Shown: positions 1 to 9,722, counted from the first letter of the stretch. The stretch is DNA of 11,016 bases from Paraspadella gotoi (GCA_051294375.1 JBJCIZ010000671.1:1-11016), one strand, 5' to 3'. Notes: generated by a model from the sequence alone, not told the origin. Translations and numbers: made by a program.

Positions 1-879
1 CGATAAAACTCTGGCAAACGGCGGGATTTCGAGAAAAGGGAAAAAAAACATGAAAAGGAAGATGAGAAACTTTAGTCTTAAAACCCGAGATCGGGCGAAT
101 CTGGAGGTCACATCTCGGGTCACCATCTCGGGTCCCGAAAGCAACAATATCGAACCTCTCAAGCAAGTAATGAAGGGGAAGAATGACAAGGGCACAAGAA
201 TATCAGGAAGACATACCAATGAATAAATTTATGTCTTTGATGAATAACCGCCTGACCGGGCATTGGTTCCATGTTGTCAAGTCAAGCAGCGCCCTGTACC
301 AGCCATCTAGAAGGAATTCCGGAAGAGACGTGCGACGCCTTCAGCCGCGGCCACCGCCCATCTTATCATCCACCTGGAGGCGGAAACGAGACGTGAGGAA
401 CAATTATGAATAAAAGATACATTTTTGTACTTACGTCACGTTTAAGAGCCTTTGGTTTTATACGTCGAACTAAATATTATTTTAGAGCATATTTCCGTCG
501 TTGTTTGACGTTTCAATTATAAATTGTTTTAAACCTTCAATGTTCAATCTATTCTTTCCACTAGTTTTTTAATCTTTGTTCCTTTCAACGTTTCTCACAT
601 TTGCAAACCCGGCCGACGAATCTGTCGTGATTCCTCGTTTCCGCCCACTTTTGGCCGAGCTCTTCTTTCCGTCAACCAAATCGCCAAATCCTAAACGGAC
701 TTAATAACGCTTATAAGCTTTTTTTTTAATTTAGAAATGCTTTTTGGCTTTCAAAATTTCAATGGTTCCTCCCAATTGCATCTAATTGGAAAGAAGCTGA
801 AATTTATGCATTTTTCAACATGTTTAAATTGACTGTTGTCGAAGACTATTGCCATAGACCCAACATAACCAACCGCCCT

Positions 880-1044
880 ACTATAACTTAGTTTTAGGGT
901 GGATGACGGAAAATATCACACGGGGCCCGCTAGCGAGCCAGAACGACTACACTATAAGAGCTTAGTAGGGTGGATGATGGAAAAGATATGCACACGCCTC
1001 CTTTGCTATCGAAGCCAGAACGACTTACCACTATAACGAACTAG
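880..1044. repeat. Imperfect tandem repeat, ~71-79 bp unit, ~2.2 copies
   Basis: Units start at 880, 951 and 1030 with ACTATAA. The first two share TAGGGTGGATGAYGGAAAA, CACACG and AGCCAGAACGACT. Differences include many small indels. Confidence 0.85.
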
Positions 1045-1159
1045 AACTGACTGATACCCCCCCGCATCGACCAAACCGCGTGGCACCCCATCCAAGATCT
1101 GCCTTGATGCCTCTTACGGCGTCGACGAACTTGTTAAGATTTAGCCTAACGTAGTCGTC

Positions 1160-1240
1160 GAGGCGCCGCCACGTGGGCGTGACGTAGTAGTGCGTGCGAA
1201 GGTCGACGCGCGTCGAGGGCGTCGCCGGCGCATGCGAGGG
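1160..1240 (+). promoter_or_regulatory. CpG-rich promoter-like island upstream of a consensus splice donor
   Basis: E-box CCACGTGG (1169-1176), CRE-like TGACGTA (1180-1186), perfect 14-bp palindrome TCGACGCGCGTCGA (1203-1216) and NRF1/Ewg-like GCGCATGCG (1228-1236), followed by AAG|GTAAGT at 1288/1289. Promoter function is inferred only. Confidence 0.3.
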
Positions 1241-1288
1241 AAACGAATCAGCCTGGGAATGGAAGAGAAAGGTTTGAAGTGGGGCAAG

Positions 1289-2168
1289 GTAAGTTAAATG
1301 TTGGAGATAATCCAAGTGTTAAATTTACAGTAATAAAAACTCAAAACAACTAAAAAAATTTTAAAAAATTTAAAAAATGATAAAATATGTTAAAGTTAAT
1401 TTGGTTAAAATGTGCTATTGAAAATAAGCAGGCTGCTTGCAATATGCATGGTACCCTCCCTGCTACAGCCTCACTCACATTAACAATAGAGTGTGGAGCA
1501 CTGGGGAACATAAATTTTATTTTTGATGTGATCAAACAAGTATATTTAACGTGAGATAGTATGATTAAGGAGTACAAAAAATATTTTGCTTATATTGTTT
1601 GGCGGAACAGTATCATTAATATACAATAATTATGCGTAATATTCTTAAAATCATGAATTTCAAAAAATTTTGTTAAATTTTTATTAAAAGATTCTGCATC
1701 TTCACAAAAAGTTAGATCAAAAATATAAATATGTTATTAAAAAATTTCAATGTCTTCAGCCATTCAAAAGGAAAAACAAAGGTCAAAATTCCTCTACTTT
1801 TTTTATACTTTGTAGTAGAAACCTATTATATGATGACATACGCCTTTTTAAATCATTTTTTTGCAGCTTTAACCTAAAATATCATGTAACATATTTACAA
1901 AAGTTTTTCAGTTTTTTTCCGGCAAATCAAAAACTGTGTTTTTAAAAATAAGAAAATATGATTTGAAAATTTTATGGTGATTTTATTAAGAATATTACTA
2001 TAATGAAAATTCAATTAATGATAACTGTTTATGCAAATTGTTTTTTGAAAAAGGGTTTAAATTATTGTTTCATTACATATACAAAGGCAGCAAAAAATTA
2101 TTTGTTCCATCGCTCAATCTTTTCATCACTCCGCCTACTAACCAATTCCGATTATTTTGATTTTCCAG
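1289..2168 (+). other. Candidate spliceosomal intron (880 bp)
   Basis: Consensus donor AAG|GTAAGT at 1289, very AT-rich body, perfect branch point TACTAAC at 2136-2142 and acceptor TTTTCCAG ending at 2168. Pairing of this donor with this acceptor is inference. Confidence 0.45.
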
Positions 2169-2213
2169 GATTAAAGTCAGATGTCGGGGTCCGCAGACGA
2201 GGGACTTGTGCCG
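2169..2213 (+). other. Candidate 45-bp internal exon
   Basis: Preceded by branch point and TTTTCCAG, followed by CCG|GTGAGT at 2214, with a GC jump at the acceptor. Reads (G)LKSDVGVRRRGTCA in phase 1, or MSGSADEGLVP from ATG 2181. Confidence 0.5.
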
Positions 2214-2998
2214 GTGAGTAGCGCCAGCTGTCCACAGAGATCGGAGGCGCGAAATCGTCGCCGGACGTTGTCCGGCTCAGCTTTGTAATTGCTGCTTGTC
2301 GTCGAATGGAGCGTTCTGAAGATCAAGTTGGTTTTGATAGAAATTGAAAGATTACTTGTGGTGATCATTACATATAATTACATTGAAATTAGTTTGTAGC
2401 ATTTGCGAATAGTTAAATATATCTTAAATTGAATATTAAATTAGATGTTATTCAACTTAAAAAATGTAAAATCTATGTTCGGAAGAGATGATACTGTTAT
2501 CTTTGAAATAAAGGACCCTTTCCACAAACACAAGCTTAAAATAAAATTCTGCCCGAAGAATTTTAATCAGGCCGAAAATAAGGGGAGGGAGCAGAGCGAC
2601 CTAAAGTTAAGCTATAATTATTATAGAATTACCTTAGTAGAATTGTATGCCTCTCTGATAATGATATTACATAGTAATTTCGTTCCTCTTGAACCTCAGC
2701 AAGAAGAAATGGATACTGAACCAGACTTTTCAAGAAACACATACTGCATAAAAGGTGATATGATTACCACTGATACCGGTACTGAATCTTCTATGAATAT
2801 ATGAATATGCGTAAAGAAATATACGTATTACGCTAAAGATTAAAAGTCCTTAATTTATGTTTTTTTACTTTGTTCTGAGTGAATGAGGTTTTCATCCCCA
2901 AATTAAAATTCCGTCACAAAAAGCAAACTTACGTTATGACATCGATGAAAACTTACCTTTATTGCGATTACATAATCATCGTACAATGTATGTCTTAG

Positions 2999-3070
2999 GT
3001 TTCGTGAAAGCTGAAGTTGTTAGCTGTTGGTCGGACGATAGCGTCGAGAGTGGGGAGCACGGTTGCCGAG
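2999..3070 (+). other. Candidate 72-bp exon, open in phase 1
   Basis: TCTTAG| at 2998 and GAG|GTAAGT at 3071. Reads (G)FVKAEVVSCWSDDSVESGEHGCR. The polypyrimidine tract is weak. Confidence 0.35.
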
Positions 3071-3532
3071 GTAAGTGCGACCGAATAGCCTCGTTTCGTT
3101 GTACTCGAAGAAGTCCATTGCGTTGAGGGATCCCAACGTGAACGATCGCGGTTGCCTTTCCGCGTGAAGAACGCTTAGCTGAAAAAACACCAGGTTTCCA
3201 TCGCACCGCGTCCGAGAAAAGGCTCAGTTGTGTCCCAGTTCCCAAGGTCTGAAGGGACGGAAAATGTGGCGTTGCCCCGGGTTGTAATTAGGTTTATGGC
3301 AGAAGATATAATTGAGCAAGGAGGGATTCGCTCGATACGAAATTTGCCGCCGAAATCCCGAAACCGCCCACACGAAGTCACAGACACAAAACCTCTAAAT
3401 TTCGCGAACCCGTCATTTAGAAATTCCCTGGCAGCACTTTCCCCCATGCGGGGTTTTTTGATGGTGGACGGTTTGGAGTGAAATTCCGCCGCCCCGATGG
3501 GGTGAATAAAGGTAGTCGCCTCTGGTTGCCAC

Positions 3533-3880
3533 CATTCGAAAATCAACGCCGGAGACAGGGCTTGATTGTATTCATTGTATCATAGTATTCATCGAATTCA
3601 ACGCCGGAGGACAAGGCCCTGCTCGATTGCTATCCATTGCTTATGCATTGTATTCATCGAATCAACGCCGGAGACAGGGCCTGTAATTGTATCATGTCAT
3701 CATTCGAATCAACGCCGGAGACAGCCGGCCTGGATTGTATCATTGTATTAGATTCGGTTAATCATTCGAATCAATGCCGGAGAACAGGCCTGTGATGTAT
3801 CATTGTGATCATTGTATTCATTGTATCATTCGAGATTCAAACGCCGGAGAGCAGGGCCTGCGATTTGTATCATTCAAATC
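3533..3880. repeat. Composite minisatellite: ~30-bp GC-rich core plus a variable number of ~8-bp CATTGTAT subunits, 6 copies
   Basis: Core consensus about CATTCGAATCAACGCCGGAGACAGGGCCTG. The AYGCCGGAG anchor occurs at 3546, 3601, 3665, 3712, 3774 and 3841 (periods 55, 64, 47, 62, 67). Linkers are degenerate (CATTGTAT)n. Confidence 0.92.
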
Positions 3881-4369
3881 TATTCATTTTTTTATAGGAA
3901 ATTTAGGACCTTCAATTTTTAAAAGATTTTTAAAAACAAACGCGATCAATATAAATGCGTTGATCCTTACACCAGCCACCCAGTGAACCCACTTTGGCGA
4001 GCGTCTTCAACTTCGCGAATCAAAGTCTAGATTCGGTTCCAGCCTCTGAAGACGAGTCCGCTTCATGAGGCCGACCGACACGACAGTTCTCCGTCAAAGA
4101 GCGCGGCGGCGTCGGAGCAACGTCGAAGGGAGAGGCGACCTCGCACGACGTCTTGCGGCGAATAGGAGGAAAATGAAAAGAGGATAAGGGCTGAGGGAAG
4201 AAAAGAGAAAAGGAATAAATGGTAGGCAGGCTCTGGACTAGTGTAACGTCCAAAGCGTGACGAAGAGAAGTAAGAGAGGACTTGGTGCACTATGCACTTG
4301 CACTAGTATAATATGCATATACACTGCATAGTTACTTATGCACCTCGCTGTGCCCTGTGAACAGAGTTG

Positions 4370-4384
4370 CAGTGCACAATGGGG
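4370..4384 (+). mobile_element. Possible solitary Transib-type terminus
   Basis: CAGTG followed by CACAATGGGG. Transib TIRs start with a CACAATG-like, RSS-like heptamer and have 5-bp TSDs. No partner end or transposase is seen in the window. Confidence 0.15.
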
Positions 4385-5131
4385 ATAAACAACAATGAAT
4401 CGCCATTTTAAACGCCAAGCGCATCCAAAAATCCTTTCAATTACAAACTTTTTTCCTGCGTTTTTCTTCCAAACGTTCGACGATTTGGTCGTCGATAATG
4501 CCCCGGATGTTAGATACGTTCGCGTCTAGAAAAGACCCGTATTGTGATTGAGAGAAAAGCGTTTAACTTGAGGCTGTGATGAGATCGGCCGCTGGCCTGG
4601 CTGCGCTGTGAGATTGTCGTTCCGACGATTGCTCGAGTGAGAAAAAGAAGCGATTGACGCTCCGCGGCGCCGACCGGGCTCCAGTGGCGACCCCGCTCCG
4701 GCAGTCAGTTCGGCGTTTGCAGGGATGAGAGAGCGTTTGCTGCGGTTTTTCGTGGAGTCTTTTCGGAGTTGGAATCGGCGTCGCGTCTCTGACCGGAAGA
4801 TCGGCGCCCAGTGTTGCTGATCTATGCGTCGCACACAAAGTGCTACAGATCATACAAAAATATGATCGTGCCTGTTGTTTTAAAATAAGGATGGCTATCG
4901 TTGGCGAGCTACCGTGTATAAAGCGGAAAACTATGCAGGATCTTTTTTTAAATGATTGACATCAATTATCGCAAGCGAGAAGAGTCGAAGTAATAAACAG
5001 ATGAGAATTGTCGTGATAGTGGAAAATTGGTAGTTGCGGATGACGATACAGTAGTAGCGGCGATTATATCTGATGATTATCGTGAGAGCGTGAAAGAAGA
5101 AGAAAATGGCGCTTAAAAAGTGGCGCGCGGT

Positions 5132-5301
5132 GAGAGAGAGAGAGAGAATAATATAGGATATATATTAGAGAGATAGAGAGAGGGTATGAGAGAAGTAGTA
5201 TAGAATGATATGAGAGAGAGATAGAAGAGAGAGAGATAGAGAGTGATATAGAGAGATAGAGAGTATTAGAGGGAGAGAGAAGAGAGAGAGAGAGAGAGAG
5301 G
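5132..5301. repeat. Degenerate (GA)n/(GATA)n microsatellite
   Basis: (GA)8 at 5132-5147, (AG)10 at 5281-5300 and interrupted GA/TA sequence between them. Confidence 0.92.
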
Positions 5302-6586
5302 AAGTTGTAGCAATAATGAGAGAGCCGAGAGCAACGGAAGTTATTTCGGGACGATCTCCAAGTTGATCCTTAAAATCCGCGGGAGCCAAAAAAAGGTTTT
5401 TAGCCGACGATTTAAAAAAGTTGTCGAACGGATCAAGGATGCGGAGTGAAAGATGACCGAGAACAAAATGAGCGAAGATGTAGAAGCATGACAATAGCGA
5501 TTGGTCAAAATTAGACCTGTGGACGCAGTTGTAGGATTCAACTAGTTAAATTAAGGGAGAGAGAGGAAAGAAGAAAAGACAATCTATATGTGATCATGGT
5601 GTGTGAGAGGTAAGATAGACGATGATGCGTAGACGTAATAATATGATGTAAATGGTTAAAAAAATTTAGCGATATATTTGGGTTTCTTTGTGTTTTTTTT
5701 TTTTTTGTTTTGCATATATATAAAGATGGTGTCAAGAGTGCGTTAACCGAACAAACTTTTTTGCGGGATAAACGATTGGGAAAACATTTCTCATTGCTGG
5801 TTTTGATCGTTCGGTTCTAAAAATTCACAGTGAAGCGAGAGCAATTCGTTCTGAGATATTTCGCGAACTTTTCCTTCTTCTCTCGAAGTGAAGAATGCGT
5901 ATTTTTTTAATGCCGAGCGTGCGTTGCCTGCGATGCGTGAGCGTGGTGCAATCAATCTCGTCCAATTGTTTGCTGTGGTTGTCCGTCAACGAACAGCTAA
6001 TATCTATCATTATATACATATATATATATATAAATTCTCTTGAAAGTAATAATAATACTTCTAATATAGATGTACTATTGTTCGGAACTTGCGATGAGCC
6101 AAAACTGCAAACGCCTGTTCTCCATCCGGGAATCTCGACGCTGCCGATGCTGTATGCTCGTGGGAGAGCGAGACGATGGTGGACAGTGAGAAAATGATCG
6201 AATTCGTCAGAATCCTCAGTAAATAGGTGGCGAGTGTTTGTTCCAGGTTCTGGAGGAAATGCGAGCGCTATGTAGCGTGCGTTCGTGCCGAGGAAGTTCC
6301 GGCGTTGTATAGAGTATGTGGGTCTTCTCTATTGGTCTCGGGTTATCCGAGTTTTAGGATACTGATTAATCTCGTAACCCGGACATTACGATGAAGTTGA
6401 TCTATATATTATGGGTGGATTGATGAAGGATTGGAGTATAGTATTGATTGGGTATTTTGCTAGTGATACGTAGTTCCAAAATTATTTTTCAAATGCCATA
6501 GTTCGATATCTTATTAATATATATGTATATATATATCGAGACTAGTAAAAGAGAGAATTGTTATAAAAAAAGGACGAAGACGATCG

Positions 6587-6593
<7 letters not shown>

Positions 6594-6621
<28 letters not shown>
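6594..6621. repeat. (TA)14 microsatellite
   Basis: Direct count of perfect TA dinucleotides. Confidence 0.95.
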
Positions 6622-6627
<6 letters not shown>

Positions 6628-6692
6628 CATAAAAAGAAAGGAGATACAAGGAGGTAAAGCCCCTTAACTCGGGTTACGTCTTCGTCTTCCGC

Positions 6693-7224
6693 TCATGCGT
6701 TTGAGTGTCTTGTCGTAAATTCATTAAGAACAGATCTGGCAGAGCGTTTATGACCCACAGTCATAAAAATGAGTATTTCCCTTCTTTCCAACCTTTGACT
6801 TGCGCACTCGGATTTTATAACACATACAATGGTCCCACTTCTGACCCGCAAAAAATATTGACTATTTATTAGGTCTAAAAGTATATTATATTTGTTAAAA
6901 CTAACTAAAGAAAAAACGTAGGGAAAAAAAAGTTTATATACTATATATATATATATATATATATTATATCTTAACGGAGAGAGATTCTTTATTATGTTCA
7001 TGGACGTTGCACAAATAGCAACTACAGTAAAGCAATTACACAAATCAATTGCTTCCACAAAAGCGATCGTAAACTCTTTCAACGTGTTGCGTTCACTGTT
7101 ATAACCGCTAATAAGGCTAGCCTTGCTGGGAGACTTTAGGGAAACTCCATTCTAGATAACGACTTTCGTTTTATTCTACCAATTTTCGTGCTCTTTGTAG
7201 TGAATTACGAAGATAGCGTGGCAT
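6693..7224 (-). pseudogene. Possible degenerate AAA+ ATPase domain fragment (p97/PEX1/AFG2-like)
   Basis: With frameshifts/stops near 7150-7175 and removal of a GT..AG segment (6975-6841) it reads RYLRNSLQRARKLVE / KTKVVI / ...AFVEAIDLCNCFTVVAICATSMNIIKNLSP-SGTIVCVIKSECASQRLERREILIFM. Order and spacing fit helix, Walker B strand, sensor 1 (hhhhAT) and the RxEIL lid motif. No Walker A, acidic Walker B pair or clear Arg finger. Recognised by eye. Confidence 0.3.
6942..6963. repeat. (TA)11 microsatellite
   Basis: Direct count. It lies inside the putative minus-strand intron 6841-6975. Confidence 0.95.
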
Positions 7225-7409
7225 TATAAAATTGAATATATTTTTAAAAGCAAAGGTGGTCATTGCAGAATGTGTGAAGTTATCTTCTATCTGATACATC
7301 TAAAAAATAAAATAAATAAATTAGGAGAACGAGGAAAGTACTTAGCGAAGGCTCTAATTATATATATATCTTATATATCTATCTATTATATCTATCTAAA
7401 ATTTGTGCG

Positions 7410-7631
7410 TTTTACCGAAACAAACAAATGGAGTCCAAATATTTAGATGATGCATGAACGTTATATAGAGAATGATCGAGAGGAGCGTATGTAGCGTCGA
7501 AGATTACGGTCAAGGAGGTTAAAGAATTTTTTACAAAAAACCTTAGTCCTGATACAACTATACTCATTTTTTTTTCATTAATCAAAAAGCCCAAATCGGC
7601 GGAAAATTTGGTTAAACGTCCCCGAATTTAT
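7410..7631 (+). mobile_element. Possible decayed Maverick/Polinton integrase N-terminal fragment
   Basis: Reads FYRNKQMESKYLDDA*TLYRE*...KITVKEVKEFFTKNLSPDT. With small indels it continues YTH...KP-RRK-F-KRPRIY, resembling the recalled pattern LY...ITxxxVxxFL...YTLHKPxRxxFxR. Two in-frame TGA stops, no DDE core, bounded by TA/TC tracts. Confidence 0.35.
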
Positions 7632-8335
7632 ATATATATCTCTATCTATATCTATATCTATTATTTATATCTTGATATAATAAATCGCGGCCCGCAAAAC
7701 AGTCCGGCGAAATCGGTCTTTGTTCCAATTTGGCGTTCGCTGTCGTCGTCGCCCATTCGTTCGTCGCCGTTTCACCTTTCTATCTCTCTTTATCTCTTCT
7801 CTCTGGGACACGCTCTGGTCGGCCCCGGAAAAACACGCGCCAACGACCCGACCGCGGGGAGGCGGCCGGGGAACGGCGGACGACTGCGTTGCCATGCGCC
7901 ACGATCGTGCAACAATCCCTGTGGCGCAGGAGAGTCGATGTCTAGCTATATATTAAAATGAGAAAAAGACAATAAGAAAAAGTTTTGAGTAGGAGGCTTT
8001 TTCATTCAAAGTTACTCCATTCCATCCCTATTATATTTTGTTAACTCTCTTCCTCGTCCAATTCGTAGGTTCATCAACACCGACTTCCACTTACGTCATT
8101 TCAGTGACTATCTCTCTCTCAAGCCGGTCAACACTTCTCTATCTCTCTATGAGAATGCTGGGAAAGGATTATTGGGGAAAGGGACAGAAAACAAAATTTC
8201 AGATTCGGGCTGGGTGAGTTCTCACTGTTGATATCACTTGTATATGCCATTTGTCATTGACAAACAGACCAAAAAAAAATTATTTTAGTAATTAATCACA
8301 TAACGAAAGGAATTTAACAATTTAATTCACAAATT

Positions 8336-8873
8336 TGTCTGGTTCCTTCTTTTCCGCTTCGAGACGTTTTTCGTGACATCACCATGTCAATGAAATGCCT
8401 CGTCACGCCTTTTTTTGACTGACCCGGATCTTTTGACCCAAACGCCGTTCTTCCATCTTCAAATCGTCGGCGACTGGTACCTTCAACAAAGCGGTCAAAT
8501 GCTGCAAGAGGTTTTTCAGCCAAAAGATGTCGTGACAGAGATAAAACTAATCCGTGACTCTTGAAGTGCGTGAGTACGAAGAAGCCGCAGCGGGGATTTT
8601 TAATTGACCGATGTCTTATTTCGTATTTACTAAGGAAAAGTACTTTGTTACCATGCGCATTTGAAGATACTGAATTTATGAGGCGAGTTTTGACAGCTAC
8701 TCTCTATATTGCACTGAAAAAATTATTGACAAATCGGGAAACTACAAAATATTGATATAAATTGAAATTGAATAAAATATTTTAAGATCCTCGAAAAAGA
8801 CTTGGTAAGCGGCTCGAATCATTTTGCAAAACTCTGGCAAATGCAAAAACTTAGAGAGCCGTTCTTGTATTGA
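8336..8873 (+). pseudogene. Possible degenerate AGC-type Ser/Thr kinase relic
   Basis: Frame-hopping translation gives KCLVTPF-LT...QTPFFHLQIVGD... / LEVREY / ISYLL...LP..FEDTEFMRRVLTATLYIALKKLLTNR, then in the same frame after an AT-rich intron-like piece (8739-8786, ends TTTTAAG, lacks GT) DPRKRLG, then in +1 frame SGSNHFAKLWQMQKLREPF. This resembles subdomains IX-XI plus the AGC tail. No HRD or DFG, and the segment is too short for an intact domain. Confidence 0.4.
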
Positions 8874-8949
8874 TAGCTCGCAGCTTGCTCTATATATTAT
8901 CTATATCTCTAATTTATAAAAATTCATTCTTTTAATAAGGCTAAACTAT

Positions 8950-9120
8950 CTTGCCAATGACTTTGGACAGGTGTCTTTGGTGGTTAATGCCATCCATCAT
9001 CTCTTACAAAGATTAATGACGAAGCAAGGCTTTCAATTCAAGACTCACACAGTCTCTTTATTCACTCCCCATAGGACCTGGCTTCCCTATCACATGACAG
9101 TCGTATAATATTTCAAGAAT
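8950..9120 (-). mobile_element. Weak HHCC integrase zinc-finger-like relic
   Basis: ILEILYDCHVIGKPGPMG/VNKET...EMMDGINH/KDTCPKS resembles Gypsy ILxxxHxxxxxGHxGxxKT...MxxDIxxxxxxCxxC, but the second His and last Cys are absent and there are stops and frameshifts. Confidence 0.2.
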
Positions 9121-9217
9121 GTTTCATACTATATATATATATCTATCTCTTTTTATCTATATCTGAGGATGCCTGTGATACCCGGGGGCCGGATATTCTA
9201 CCAACTGCGTTAAGCCG

Positions 9218-9415
9218 GACCCTCAGTGACCGCCTTCCTGTCACACGGGCAGATTTATTATCGGCACCGTCACATTTAACCAGAACCGGGATACCCAGAT
9301 TAACCCGGACGCACGGATGAATGAGATGATTTTATCCTGCTTCATAAGCCATTGAGATGCTGAGCTGGAGACGGACAGCAGAGGCAGTCTTGCGTGCCAC
9401 AGGATCCCTCCCACC
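9218..9415 (+). repeat. ~200-bp direct repeat, copy 1
   Basis: Collinear blocks shared with 9723-9932: CAGTGACCGCCT, CCTGTCAC, CGGCACCGTCACATTTAA, CCAGAACC, CCGGGATACCCAG, CACGGATGAATGAG, AGCCATTGAGA, GAGACGGACA, GAGGCAG, GCCACA. Confidence 0.92.
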
Positions 9416-9722
9416 AACTTCTCCACAGGTCTCTCTATATCTTAGAAGATGTTCTGAGAGGTTTTGATCTCATTGCCATGGTGTGAGAGCTGAGCGGCGG
9501 AGCCGCTGAGACCCTCCTGACAACACCGCGCGAGCGAGTCGGAGCCGTTACCAGAGAAGTAGGGCATAGGCGTGATATGCATACCCTAACGACGCTAAGC
9601 GTGGCTGCCGCACGGTGCGCAGCGTTGCGTGTTCGAGAGTAGGGCTCACCACTTATGAGCAACGAGAGGATAGCCTGTATCCCGGAGGCACGGTGGTATC
9701 CACACACTGGCGTAGGGGCTGC

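Noticed and set aside
5-18. 14-bp exact match AAAACTCTGGCAAA, also at 8828-8841
   Set aside because: One such match is plausible by chance in 11 kb of AT-rich DNA, and it does not extend.
83-134. ACCCGAGAT inverted against two tandem ATCTCGGGT copies
   Set aside because: A short local duplication and hairpin with no wider structure or TSD.
3533-3880. CRISPR array
   Set aside because: The apparent spacers are not unique but are built from CATTGTAT repeats, the cores vary by indels, no cas genes are present and the context is eukaryotic.
5165-5494. 109-aa ORF with an SL-rich hydrophobic tail
   Set aside because: It is the antisense translation of the GA microsatellite.
6040-6330. Minus-strand stop-free frame with FPPEP..HLFTEDSDEFDHFL, reminiscent of a Helitron Rep N-terminal region
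   Set aside because: The expected downstream IRxYN and GQxYH motifs are absent, so the similarity is too thin.
7428-7961. Long + frame interrupted only by two TGA codons (possible recoding)
   Set aside because: The frame runs through a TA/TC microsatellite into an unrelated GC-rich block, and nothing else suggests an alternative genetic code. Decay or chance is simpler.
7608-7961. Four overlapping ORFs in a GC-rich island
   Set aside because: Stop codons are scarce in GC-rich and low-complexity DNA, and none of the translations has a recognisable domain.
8314-8703. 130-codon minus-strand open frame with integrase-like FLSKYEIRHRSIKNP
   Set aside because: No catalytic D or E motifs, and it overlaps the better-patterned kinase-like reading on the + strand. 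It shows how easily by-eye motif matches arise here.
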